NCBI GenBank assembly: GCA_963820555.1
Contig: CAWGAT010000029.1
Location: forward strand, 59,718 to 123,717
From: Candidatus Bathyarchaeota archaeon
Lineage (GTDB): Archaea > Thermoproteota > Bathyarchaeia > TCS64
Direction of reading: 5' to 3'
Length of the DNA: 64,000 nt
The position numbers and the translations under genes are program-made. The notes under the pieces are model-generated. The model saw only the letters and a list, made by a program, of their open reading frames with translations. It did no database searches and had not been told where the DNA came from. Below, in pieces: positions 1 through 9,454 of this stretch. Every line of letters starts with the position of its first letter. Position 1 is the stretch's first letter.

Positions 1-187
1 AGGTCCCTTATACTCTGCACTACGTCCTCGTGGAACTTGTAGGCGGATTTCTCGTCCTCCCCGCCTCTTATGATTTTTTTCGAGGGTTTCACTGACTCGC
101 TATAGATGGTCCAAAAATGCGCTGCTTTATCGTCTAGGCCGATGAGCATCGCGGTCGGATATCCGCGTCGGCCTCGTCTCGGCATCA

Positions 188-1105
188 TTATTGCCTCGGT
201 TTGTAGCCAGTGAGGCGCTTGTGGTTTCCGCTGAATATTTTCTCGATGCCCTCATCGTCGATAAGGCCGTCCTTCTTGAGGCTCTGGATGGCGTTGTACT
301 GTTCCTCGAGGATGTTGTAACGGAAGCCGCGTGGGAAGAAGGTAGAGTCGGTGCCGAATAATATCTTGTTCGGGCCCCCAGCTCGTATAGCGTGGCGGTA
401 GACGTCCTTCAGGGTTAGATCCTGGGGGAGGTACTTCATCCAGACGTTGCTGCCGCTGCTATCCATGTAGACATTGTCTGCCTGGTACTGCATGAGGAGG
501 ACCTCGCGGAACCAGCCTGCGCCGAAGTGGGCTATCATGAAGTTTAGCTCGGGGAAGTCGCGGGCCGGGGTCTGGATGTCCATGGGGTTGCCACTGCGTA
601 GGTCTGCGTCCCCGCCTATGCTGACGCCGAAGTGGCAGATGACGAGCATCTTGTGCTTTAGTGCCTCCTCGTATATCGGGTAGACCTGCTCGTCGTAGAC
701 GTGAATACCCCTCCAGTTACTCGGGTAGAGCTTTATCCCGTAGAAGCCGTCCTTCGCAGCTTTTCTGATTTTCTTGGGGGCCTCTGAGTCGGTTGGCTGG
801 ACATTGAGGTAGCCGAGGAAGTAGCCGGGGAACCTCCTCCGCGCCTCCATGAACTCGTCGTAGGTCTCCGGGCCTATCATGAAGCCGGCGCTGCTCACGC
901 CATAGCGGTCGAGTTCGTCGGCCCACCTCTGGGCCGCGTCGAAGTTCTCGTTGGGTATCTCTATGCTCTTGATGTCCGTCCTCGTCTGGGTGCGCTGCTG
1001 GAAGCTGTTCATGCTGCGCCCCCGCTGGGACCATGCTTTGATGGATCCTGCAGTCATGAAGTGTGCGTGGGCGTCGATGACTTCTATGCCAAGCCTTGAC
1101 TTCAA
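188..1105 (-). CDS. Amidohydrolase family protein (Amidohydro_2 type, TIM-barrel metal-dependent hydrolase)
   Basis: 305-aa ORF with N-terminal DAHAH metal motif, GIKLYP, HFG, AHFG and ILFGTD motifs typical of the amidohydrolase_2 family. Confidence 0.85.
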   Translation of the reverse strand: MKSRLGIEVIDAHAHFMTAGSIKAWSQRGRSMNSFQQRTQTRTDIKSIEIPNENFDAAQRWADELDRYGVSSAGFMIGPETYDEFMEARRRFPGYFLGYLNVQPTDSEAPKKIRKAAKDGFYGIKLYPSNWRGIHVYDEQVYPIYEEALKHKMLVICHFGVSIGGDADLRSGNPMDIQTPARDFPELNFMIAHFGAGWFREVLLMQYQADNVYMDSSGSNVWMKYLPQDLTLKDVYRHAIRAGGPNKILFGTDSTFFPRGFRYNILEEQYNAIQSLKKDGLIDDEGIEKIFSGNHKRLTGYKPRQ

Positions 1106-1139
1106 ACCATCATGCTCCGATTAGGTTGCTTAGTCCTGG

Positions 1140-2372
1140 TTGGGGGATATCAAGCTTCTCGAATGGCTGCTCGCGGGAAGGTTGAAGAACAGCCTGGGTA
1201 CTGGTATCTTCATGCTCTCCCTGAGTCCAAAGAAGGCGAGTAGGGCCCCAGCGTCGACGGTCTACGCTGTTGAGGGCGCGAAGGGGAACGATGGGTCACT
1301 CAACAGTTTGCTTGAGCTGATGGACGGCGACGGGCTCAAGTTCTACGAGGCGAAGTCGAAGGGCTTCTTGCAGGGCTCCTCCGGCCTGATTGCCTCCGAC
1401 GACGTCGTTATTGTGAAGGTGAACAGCCAATGGGACGAATGCGGTATGACGAACACCGATCTCGTTAAAGCCCTAGTGGCTGCGGTTCTAGCCCACCCGG
1501 ACGGGTTCAGGGGTGAGGTGGTTATCGCGGACAACGGGCAAGCGCAGTACGGGAGCTCGGGTCACGGAGGGAACCTAGACTACACCATCAACAACGCCAT
1601 AGACAGGGGGCAGTCAGTGAAGCGCGTCGCTGACTCCTTCAGAGGGGCCGGGCAGGTCTCGACTTACCTATGGGACACAATCACGGAGAACGAAGTTGGG
1701 GAGTACTCGCAGGGGGACGACGAGGACGGCTACGTGCTCGCCGAGTCCGCGGACCCCATAACCATGGTGTTACCCAGCTACCCTAAGTTCAAGACCGCTC
1801 ATGGAACACGTATCAGCTTCAAGAGGGGGGTATGGAACCTGGAGAGGAAGGTGTACGAGGGGGGCCGCCTTAAGGTCCTGAACACGCCCGTCTTAAAGTC
1901 CCACTTCATCTTCGGTGTCACGGGTGCCATGAAGCACTATATGGGCGTGCCCAGCGATAAGCTCACATCTACCAAGGGATACCGGACTCACCCTACTGTG
2001 GGGAAGGGCGGGATGGGTACACTCATGGCGGAGACCCGTATACCCACACTCAATATTATCGACGCTATCCATGTGAACTGTAAACCAGGGACAGGCCCTA
2101 AGACACCCTTCGGTGGGGCCACCTACGCAGGGATAATCGCTGCTAGCACAGACCCAGTCGCTATTGACTACTGGGCCTCAAAGAACATCCTCTGCAAACT
2201 AGGAAAAGAGGTCCACAAGACGGATGTCTCACTCTTCGACCCTGACAACAAGACTAGGGGATGGTTCGGCGACTGGTTGAGGCTGGCCGCGGCTGAGCTG
2301 AACGATGCTGGACACCCCTTCACATACGATGAGAGACGAATAACCGTGAAGGTGGCTGGGAAGGCCTCTTAG
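1140..2372 (+). CDS. DUF362 domain-containing protein
   Basis: 410-aa ORF; VIVKVN, T.TDLVKALV, PVLKSH..VTGAMK and STDPVAID motifs match DUF362. Confidence 0.75.
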   Translation: MGDIKLLEWLLAGRLKNSLGTGIFMLSLSPKKASRAPASTVYAVEGAKGNDGSLNSLLELMDGDGLKFYEAKSKGFLQGSSGLIASDDVVIVKVNSQWDECGMTNTDLVKALVAAVLAHPDGFRGEVVIADNGQAQYGSSGHGGNLDYTINNAIDRGQSVKRVADSFRGAGQVSTYLWDTITENEVGEYSQGDDEDGYVLAESADPITMVLPSYPKFKTAHGTRISFKRGVWNLERKVYEGGRLKVLNTPVLKSHFIFGVTGAMKHYMGVPSDKLTSTKGYRTHPTVGKGGMGTLMAETRIPTLNIIDAIHVNCKPGTGPKTPFGGATYAGIIAASTDPVAIDYWASKNILCKLGKEVHKTDVSLFDPDNKTRGWFGDWLRLAAAELNDAGHPFTYDERRITVKVAGKAS

Positions 2373-3085
2373 AGCCTCTCAGCAATCTCAGGGATCGTTA
2401 GTAATTCGGCGAGCCTAGTTATCGTATAGTCGGGAATCACCTCCTCGGCGTCGGGTTCCCTGATCCTTACCCACACCGCCTTCAAACCCACGGATTTCGC
2501 CCCCGCGATATCAGTCCTCAACAGATCTCCCACGTGGATGGCCTCCCCTGCCTTCGCCTCGAGGCCCTTCAACGCTAACTCAAAGGCCTCCCTCCTCGGC
2601 TTGCATATCCCGGTCTCGTCCGAGAAGACGGTCGCTGTAAAGTACCTCAGAATGCCGTCCTCGTCGAGTAGCTCCTTGATCTTTAACCCCGAGGTGACGC
2701 CCGTGTCGCTTATTATCCCGAGTTTGAAGCGCGTTGATAGCCTCGTGATAGTGTCAGCAGCGCTGTCTGTGAGGGACGGCGGGTCGTCCAAGATAATGTC
2801 TCCGAACTTGTCCATGACGGCCTTCCTGAGGTTCGGGCTAAGGGTGGCTTTAACCTCTCTGAGGATGTCGTCTAGGCGTTCTGTGAGTGGGTAGTGGCAG
2901 TACTCCTTCGCCCAGAGCTGGTCGTGCTTCCTCTGCGCGGAGGCGTAAGCCCTCTCGAGGTCTTCCTCGTAGACATGCTGCCCCTCGATGTCAAGGGCCT
3001 CGGCGAGGATGGTTAACCTCCTCTCAGTGAAACTCTTCTCGACGAGGAGGGTGTTCCAGAGGTCGAAGGTTATTGCCTTGATCAT
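2369..3085 (-). CDS. HAD-superfamily hydrolase
   Basis: FDLWNTL motif I, IISDT motif II, KP motif III, HVGD..TDIAGA motif IV. Confidence 0.9.
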   Translation of the reverse strand: MIKAITFDLWNTLLVEKSFTERRLTILAEALDIEGQHVYEEDLERAYASAQRKHDQLWAKEYCHYPLTERLDDILREVKATLSPNLRKAVMDKFGDIILDDPPSLTDSAADTITRLSTRFKLGIISDTGVTSGLKIKELLDEDGILRYFTATVFSDETGICKPRREAFELALKGLEAKAGEAIHVGDLLRTDIAGAKSVGLKAVWVRIREPDAEEVIPDYTITRLAELLTIPEIAERL

Positions 3086-3324
3086 TTCGCCCTAGGTGAT
3101 GCGGGTGGATGCACTAGATAAATGGATTCCTCACTCGCAGTGGGGGCAGAGCGCGCGTTGTCTTGTCCCTAAATTAAGATTGCTCTGACTCTACGCCGAG
3201 ACGAATAATATTCTTGATCAAAACGGGGAGAAGACGCGCATAACCCCATGGACCTTTATAAACGCAGACAAAACGAATCCAAGCCCTCCACACAAACAAA
3301 TCACGCTATACGCGGAGCAATATG

Positions 3325-3442
3325 GGGACAAGGTAGCTCGCGGAGATGAGGAAAGCCATTCATCAATACCCATCCTTCTCCCAAGGGATTCTGAGCGAGT
3401 AGCCTGAACAATGTCCCGGAATGGCCGGAAATGGCCGTTTTT
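3325..3442 (+). ncRNA. Candidate structured ncRNA with a C/D-type kink-turn (not a recognised family)
   Basis: Long irregular hairpin (GGGACA 3325-3330 with TGTCCC 3412-3417; GCTCGC 3336-3341 with GCGAGT 3395-3400) with K-turn geometry (GGA bulge, GAUGA 3345-3349 opposite CUGA 3391-3394). TATA box TTTATAAA at 3255-3262; small hairpin plus T5 at 3423-3442. Confidence 0.35.
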
Positions 3443-3771
3443 ACCATTAATTAAGGTAGTCTTTCTTCAGCTTCTCACCTGATCAGGGCTTAAATCTCCG
3501 TCTCGCTCGCGCGTAATGGTTGAATATAAAAGGGGGAATTTGGATTAACTCTGTTTAACATCCCCACAAATCTCTTAGAATACCTGTAAACAGAAACCTG
3601 GGACCCCCCACTAAGAACCCACCCAGAACATCATGGGCTAGACCAAGACCCAGTCACCCATACACCCCTGATCCGGGTCACACACACCTGAAGCAAGAAG
3701 TCCAAAACTCGAGGCGGAGAAAAAAACCCGATGACTCCGCCGCATCCCCACTCGAGAGTAACAATCAGCGT

Positions 3772-3840
3772 TCGGTGTGTGTGCGAATCGGAGCGTTTTT
3801 CGGGTCTCCCTTGTACCAGTAGCATAGTATAAGCAAAAAA
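3772..3840 (-). repeat. Dispersed homologous element, copy A (degenerate; copy B at 56121-56188)
   Basis: Hand alignment gives about 52 matches over about 70 columns with 56121-56188, including GTAGCATA(G/T)TATAAGCAAAAAA at 21/22. Confidence 0.6.
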
Positions 3841-4043
3841 AATACGTGGGTTGCCTCATTTCTTCGATTAGGTGTCTTGAGTCTAGGATGAATTGTGTTG
3901 TTGAGGCATCTTTGAGGGGGTGCTTCTTCTGTCGAGGGTTTTGTTTGTGTGAATTTCTATTGGTGGGTGTTTACCCAGAAAAGGAGGTTGCCACGAATCC
4001 TCAAGGTATTAATGGTGTTAGTGTTGTGTCTTAGTCCATTTTT

Positions 4044-4118
4044 TGGTGCGACCGCCGGGATTTGAACCCGGGTTACTGGCTTGGAAGGCCAGAATCCTAA
4101 CCACTAGACTACAGTCGC
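4044..4118 (-). tRNA. tRNA-Gly (TCC), CCA encoded, no intron
   Basis: Reverse complement GCGACTGTAGTCTAGTGGTTAGGATTCTGGCCTTCCAAGCCAGTAACCCGGGTTCAAATCCCGGCGGTCGCACCA folds as a cloverleaf; anticodon loop CTTCCAA, discriminator A73. Confidence 0.95.
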
Positions 4119-4151
4119 CCGGGAAGAGAATTATGGGGGTTGTTAAAATGC

Positions 4152-4631
4152 TTAACCCTCGATGGGGACCAGGATCTCGGTCGTCCAGACCTCCTGGGCG
4201 TCCTCGTCGATAAAGCTACCCGTGCTGAGGCCGAATGTGTCGGGTTGGTAGACAGCCTCCATGCTGCAGAAATGGTGGGTGACGGGCTTGAGGCCGCGTT
4301 GTTCCAAGTGTTTCCGGAGCTCCTCGTAGTAGTGCTCGGCGGGGTGGCTGGCGCCTGAGTAGACTACGAAGCCCGCCCTGATCTCCGGCAGCTTCTTAGT
4401 CTTAAGGCCTGGGGCGTCCTTGTCGACGGGGACGAGTACCTCCCTCCTGCAGCCCTGAGAGTCCTTTGGGTCGTAGTAGATGATCATGGTGGGGTCGCTG
4501 ACCTTGGCTCCCTTCTCATGGGCCTCTGCGTTGAGCTTCGCGAAGGCCTCGGCCTCGCTTTCGCCGGGCTTGAGCTCATGGTAGGCGACGAGCTGGTTCG
4601 TGAGGGTCTTGACGCCTATCTTTACTATCAT
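4152..4631 (-). CDS. GyrI-like small-molecule-binding domain protein
   Basis: 159 aa with duplicated beta-alpha-beta-beta pattern (IIYYD..REVLVPVD; EAVY..TTEILVPIE). Confidence 0.6.
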   Translation of the reverse strand: MIVKIGVKTLTNQLVAYHELKPGESEAEAFAKLNAEAHEKGAKVSDPTMIIYYDPKDSQGCRREVLVPVDKDAPGLKTKKLPEIRAGFVVYSGASHPAEHYYEELRKHLEQRGLKPVTHHFCSMEAVYQPDTFGLSTGSFIDEDAQEVWTTEILVPIEG

Positions 4632-4664
4632 CGGCTCCCTACAGGGGATGGAGGCTTAAAACCG

Positions 4665-5630
4665 TTATGCGTAGAGGTTTATCGGCTTCTCTAGGCGGCT
4701 TAGGAGGACTATGTTGCTCTCATATTGCTCGTCTATGATCTTGTAGTCCGTCTCTTCGGCGAGTTTGGCTCCGAAGGCTCGTATCTCCGCGTGACTCGCC
4801 ATCTCCTCGTAAGCGAAGCGCCTCCTCGCGAAGCCGACGCTCATCGCCCCCTTAGGCTCGATGTAAGTTGGCTCCGCCCTCTCGGCGAGCTTGGCATAGC
4901 CGTGGATGTTCCCCATGTTCAGCTTCGGGACGAGTGTGTGCCGGAGGACGGTTGGGCATCTGAAACTCTTAAGGAGGTCGAGGGTCTCCATGACCTTTGC
5001 CCAGGCGTCGGGAACCATCGGGCGGCATGTCGTCTCATAGGTCTCCTCATCGGGGGCGCAGAGGCTGATGTATAGTTGGCTGGGCTCGGTTCCCAGGTTT
5101 CTGAGGGCCTCCGGGTCTGTGCCGTTTGTGACTATGAAGACGGTGCGGAACCCGTGGTTCTTGAAGCTCTGGACGAGGTCGCCGAGGTCGTTATATAGGG
5201 TGGGCTCCCCCTCTAGGCTTATCGCAGCGTGGACTGGGTCGAGTGCCTCCCTCAGAAACTGCTCGGAGACCTTGGGGTTACCCCCCCAGCCGTAGATGAG
5301 CTTCCGGTGGGCCGCAATCGCGCCCTCAACTATAGCATCGGGGTCGTCTCCTCCCCTTACGGGCTGGGTCTGCTCCCAGCCGACGCCGAGGGTCTCCGGC
5401 GTGGCGCGCCAGCAGAAGACGCAGCTCTGCGTGCAGTGGCCGAGGCTCGGCGTCATCTGTAGGCAACGATGTGTGGGGACGCCATAGAATCTCTGCTTGT
5501 AGCAGTGCTCAACTCCACCTGTACGTAGAGCCTTCCCCACCCAGGTGCACGTCTTCACGGCGCTGTGGCTCCCTACCAGCCTGTAGCGCTGCCTCACGTA
5601 TCGGGATCTTAGCTCCTCGGGGACGCTCAC
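4665..5630 (-). CDS. taw1: 4-demethylwyosine synthase (radical SAM)
   Basis: HSAVKTCTW N-terminus, CTQSCVFCWR CxxxCxxC motif, AISLEGEPTLY, FIVTNGT. Confidence 0.92.
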   Translation of the reverse strand: MSVPEELRSRYVRQRYRLVGSHSAVKTCTWVGKALRTGGVEHCYKQRFYGVPTHRCLQMTPSLGHCTQSCVFCWRATPETLGVGWEQTQPVRGGDDPDAIVEGAIAAHRKLIYGWGGNPKVSEQFLREALDPVHAAISLEGEPTLYNDLGDLVQSFKNHGFRTVFIVTNGTDPEALRNLGTEPSQLYISLCAPDEETYETTCRPMVPDAWAKVMETLDLLKSFRCPTVLRHTLVPKLNMGNIHGYAKLAERAEPTYIEPKGAMSVGFARRRFAYEEMASHAEIRAFGAKLAEETDYKIIDEQYESNIVLLSRLEKPINLYA

Positions 5631-5684
5631 AAGCCTAGACTCTGGAGAGGCTACTTATATCCGAGTCGAAACAGGCTTGAAGCC

Positions 5685-6644
5685 ATGAAATCTAGAGCCA
5701 AGGCGTTCAGGAAGCTACTTGGGGGGGAGAAGCTGTTCATGAGGCCGTGCGCCTACGATGCGCTATCCGCTGTCCTCATCGAACAGGCGGGTTTCGAGGT
5801 TATTGGAACGACCGGTTATGGGATCGCCGCTTCCATCGTGGGGCAGCCGGACATCGGCCTAGTCGGCTACGCGGAGATGCTGGAGAGGAGCAGGACGATA
5901 GTGAACGCTGTCGGGCTGCCCGTCGACGTCGACGTGGACACCGGATACGGTAATGCGATGAATGTCTACTGGACGGTGCAGAACTTCTCACGCGTCGGCG
6001 CCGCTGGGGTGAGGATCGAGGATCAGGAGTGGCCGAAGCGCTGCGGCCACATGGCGGGGAAGAGCATCATCTCGGGCGACGAGATGCTCGGGAAGATCAG
6101 GGCCGCTGTGAAGGCGCGTGATGAAGAGGACCCAGACATGGTGATAGGCGCAAGGACCGACGCCAGGTCAATCATAAGTTTCGCGGAGACGGTGAAGAGG
6201 GCCGAGTCTTACGCCAAGGCCGGGGCGGATTACGTCTACGTCGAGGCCCCACAGAGCCTCGATGAGGTGGAGAAGCTGGTGAAGAAGATACCTGCACCAC
6301 TCGCCTTCAACATCATCCCCGGGGGAAAGACCCCACCGTTTAAAATAGAGGACCTTGAGGCACGCGGTGTCAGGTATCTCAGCGTCCCGATGACATGCCT
6401 GTACCCCGCCGCTAAGGCTATGCAGGAGGCCCTCAAAGAACTACGCACGAGCCACGACCTTGACAAGATCGCCTCAATGGGAGTGAGCTGGGCGGAGTTC
6501 AACGAGATAGTAGGCCACACGCGGTGGAGGAGGCTTGAGCTAGAAACCCTCAGCGGGGCGGAGCTGGAGGCGAAGTACGGGACCTCGGACCTCGAAGAGA
6601 TCACCCGGAAGGAGACCGAGGCCGCGAAGAAGTGGCGGAGGTAG
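5685..6644 (+). CDS. Isocitrate lyase/PEP mutase family protein (methylisocitrate lyase/oxaloacetate decarboxylase-like)
   Basis: AYDALSA, DVDTGYG, IEDQEWPKRCGH and ARTDA motifs. Confidence 0.88.
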   Translation: MKSRAKAFRKLLGGEKLFMRPCAYDALSAVLIEQAGFEVIGTTGYGIAASIVGQPDIGLVGYAEMLERSRTIVNAVGLPVDVDVDTGYGNAMNVYWTVQNFSRVGAAGVRIEDQEWPKRCGHMAGKSIISGDEMLGKIRAAVKARDEEDPDMVIGARTDARSIISFAETVKRAESYAKAGADYVYVEAPQSLDEVEKLVKKIPAPLAFNIIPGGKTPPFKIEDLEARGVRYLSVPMTCLYPAAKAMQEALKELRTSHDLDKIASMGVSWAEFNEIVGHTRWRRLELETLSGAELEAKYGTSDLEEITRKETEAAKKWRR

Positions 6645-7820
6645 CTACTTGGATTTAACCAGTAGCGCTGAGCCGCAACAGAGGGCGGCGAATAGAGCCA
6701 TCGAGAGGATGCTCAGTGAGTAGGAGCCCGTCGAATCTAGTATAACACCGGCGAGAGGCTGCGTCGCGGCTATCCCAATGTTCCCGCATATTCCGAGGAC
6801 GGCGAAGCCCACACCCGCCCTGCTCGGCCCGAGTATCTCAGAGGGCAGAGTCTGGATGGTGCCAGGCATCATTGCCGAGACGAGGCCGATGGCGACTATG
6901 CCCGCGATGAGTATGAGCCCAGAGGAGTACGCGGACGCCACCTCCGTAAGGCATAGTAGCGCCGCACCTGCCACTATGAACACCTTCCTCTTCCCAAGCC
7001 TGTCCGAGAGCGTCCCGTAGATCGGTACAGCGAAGAGCGATATCCAACTCAGCAGGCTCGCGTAGAAGCTCGCCTCGACGGGTGTAAAGCCCTTGTAGGT
7101 AGTCAGTAGTGTTGGGGCCCACGTGTTGAAGGAGAGGATGGCCCCGTTGAAGAAGAGCCAGATTATCCCCACCTTCCAGACCTCCGCGTTCTTAAACGCG
7201 GATAGGCCACTGAATCCGCCACTGCGGGTCGACATGGGGCCGTCCCTGACTATGAGGACGTAGATGGTCGTCGCGACAACGCCGATGGCGAGGCTCACGT
7301 AGAACGCAGAGCGCCAGCCGTAGGTCACGGCGAGTGTCCCCGCCGTCGGGAAGGCGACTATCGTGGCGAGGGGCATACTGATCGTGAAGATTCCCATCGC
7401 CCTGCCGAGTTCCTCCCTGCTGAACCATTGCGGCACGATGGCCGGCGTCACGATGAGTATCAGAGAGCCGCCGATTCCGAGGATGAGCCTAGCGATCAGC
7501 AGCGCCATGAATGAGTTCGCCGTCGCCGTCAGCAGAGAGCTTATCACCACGCAGACGAGGGCTACACCGCCCGTGACCCGGGCCCCGTACCTCTCCATGG
7601 CTATGCTCACTGGGATACTGAGTATAATCCCCGGGAGGAGGACGAAGGACATAAGGAGCCCTGCCTCCGCGTTGCTGACCCCGAACTCCTTCACTATCGC
7701 GGTCATTAGTGGCGGCACCACTTGGAACCCGAAGGCGTAGGCTACGAAGGCGAGGAGGGAGGATAGTAGCACTGCCCACTTGAGGCGCTGAGACACCGCG
7801 CCAGTGGTACCGACTGTCAT
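6645..7820 (-). CDS. MFS transporter
   Basis: 391 aa with about 12 hydrophobic segments; LSDRLGKRK motif A. Confidence 0.88.
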   Translation of the reverse strand: MTVGTTGAVSQRLKWAVLLSSLLAFVAYAFGFQVVPPLMTAIVKEFGVSNAEAGLLMSFVLLPGIILSIPVSIAMERYGARVTGGVALVCVVISSLLTATANSFMALLIARLILGIGGSLILIVTPAIVPQWFSREELGRAMGIFTISMPLATIVAFPTAGTLAVTYGWRSAFYVSLAIGVVATTIYVLIVRDGPMSTRSGGFSGLSAFKNAEVWKVGIIWLFFNGAILSFNTWAPTLLTTYKGFTPVEASFYASLLSWISLFAVPIYGTLSDRLGKRKVFIVAGAALLCLTEVASAYSSGLILIAGIVAIGLVSAMMPGTIQTLPSEILGPSRAGVGFAVLGICGNIGIAATQPLAGVILDSTGSYSLSILSMALFAALCCGSALLVKSK

Positions 7821-7870
7821 GCCCTACCATCGACGCGTGAAAAATTAGAATCCTTCTAAGAGAATCGGGG

Positions 7871-9445
7871 TCAGAAGCCGTAGATCTTCCCGTACTTCTT
7901 GGCTAGGTAGGCGATGAAGGGCTTCACTGTCAGGTTTTCGCCGGTGACTTCCTTGACGAGGTCGGCGGGGTCGTATAGGTTGCCCTTCTGGTGGACGTTC
8001 TCCACGAGCCACCCCTTGACTGGCTGGAAGTTGCCCTTCTTCAGCTCCTTCTTCCACGTCGGGACGTCCCTCCTGAGCTTCTTGAGGAACATGCCGCCGT
8101 AGATGTTGCCGAGGGCGTAGCTGGGGAAGTAGCCGTATAGGCCGCTCGCCCAGTGGGTGTCCTGCATAACACCCTCGGAGTCGTTCTCGATCTCCACGCC
8201 GAGGTACTTATCATACTTCTCGTTCCAGGCGTGAGGCAGCTCCTCGACCTTGAGCTTGCCGGAGAATATGTCCCTCTCCATCTCGAAGCGTATGATTATG
8301 TGGAGCCCGTAGGTGACCTCGTCTGCCTCGATCCTGATCTTGCTAGGCTCGACGACGTTTACGGCCGCGACGAAGTCGGCGAGCTTGATGCCCCTCAGCG
8401 GCTTCCCGACGATCTTTTTGAGTCGGGGGAGCATGTAGCTGAGGAACTCGGGGCTGTGGCCCACCATGTTCTCGACGAATCGGCTCTGGCTCTCGTGTAT
8501 GCCGAAGCTAGAGGCGCTGCCAATGGGCTGGTACATCCACGCCTGGGGGAGGTTCTGCTCGTAGAGGGCGTGCCCTCCCTCATGCATGACGCTGTAGAGG
8601 CTCGAGGACCACCTGTCCTCGTGGTAGTGGGTGGTTATGCGGACGTCGTCGTAGTAGCCGTTTGTGAAGGGGTGCTCCGTCTCGTCGAGGCGTCCGCCCG
8701 CGTTGGGGCTCTTCGTGTCGTATCCTATGAAGTCCATGGCGGCGTCGCTGATCTTCTTCTGCACCTCGATCGGTACGGAGCGGCTCAGGATGGAGGTGTC
8801 CGGCTTGAACCCCGACTTCTCCACGCTCTTCATCACGTCCATCAGGCCCAGGCGCATGGCGTCGAAGACCTTCGTGATCTTGTCCGCGGTCATCTTCGAC
8901 TCGAAGGCGTCGATGAGGGCGTCGTAGGGCGTCTTTGTCCCCTTGACCTCCATGAGTATGTCCGCGGCCTTCTGGCGGAGCTCAATCATCTTCTTCAGCT
9001 CGGGCCTGAACATCTTATAGTCCTTCGCCGCCTTCGCCTTCTTCCAGACGCCGACGGCTATCGTCTGCTGCTTCGCCGTCTCAAAGACGAGGCTCTCGGG
9101 GAGCTTCGTCGCCTCATCGTATGCCTTGCGGGCGAGGTAGACGTTGCGCCTCTGGACCTGATCCATGTCGACGTAGCCGGGGTCCTTCTCGATGGACTCG
9201 ATGGTCTTCCCGACGCGTGGGTCTGTGAGCATCTTGTGGCCCATGAGCTCGAGGAGGGCCATCTGCTGGCTGCGGAGGTTGAGGGCCTTCGGGGGCATCT
9301 TCGTCTCCATGTCCCAGCTGACCAGCGCTGTGGTCGAATTGAGGATGGCGAGCTCCTTCGACTCTCCGAGGAGCTCGTCGTACGACTTCTGCAAGTTCGT
9401 ATTCATGGTGGAATATTTCTTGCGTGAGGCTTTATCCTTTTTCAA
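7871..9445 (-). CDS. Carboxypeptidase M32 (Taq-type)
   Basis: HEGGH zinc motif, HPFT, GIHESQSRF, IRIEADE, QDTHW..G.FPSYALG. Confidence 0.95.
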   Translation of the reverse strand: MKKDKASRKKYSTMNTNLQKSYDELLGESKELAILNSTTALVSWDMETKMPPKALNLRSQQMALLELMGHKMLTDPRVGKTIESIEKDPGYVDMDQVQRRNVYLARKAYDEATKLPESLVFETAKQQTIAVGVWKKAKAAKDYKMFRPELKKMIELRQKAADILMEVKGTKTPYDALIDAFESKMTADKITKVFDAMRLGLMDVMKSVEKSGFKPDTSILSRSVPIEVQKKISDAAMDFIGYDTKSPNAGGRLDETEHPFTNGYYDDVRITTHYHEDRWSSSLYSVMHEGGHALYEQNLPQAWMYQPIGSASSFGIHESQSRFVENMVGHSPEFLSYMLPRLKKIVGKPLRGIKLADFVAAVNVVEPSKIRIEADEVTYGLHIIIRFEMERDIFSGKLKVEELPHAWNEKYDKYLGVEIENDSEGVMQDTHWASGLYGYFPSYALGNIYGGMFLKKLRRDVPTWKKELKKGNFQPVKGWLVENVHQKGNLYDPADLVKEVTGENLTVKPFIAYLAKKYGKIYGF

Positions 9446-9454
9446 AAAAAGGTG

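Noticed and set aside
3348-3600. RNase P RNA-like words GAGGAAAG (3348) and ACAGAA (about 3590)
   Set aside because: The P4 complementarity between these segments is missing (no GUCC/GGCUU pairing), so it is not called RNase P
8153-9427. 424-aa plus-strand ORF
   Set aside because: Antisense shadow of the M32 carboxypeptidase; such long shadows are expected from GC-rich codon usage, and it has no recognisable motifs
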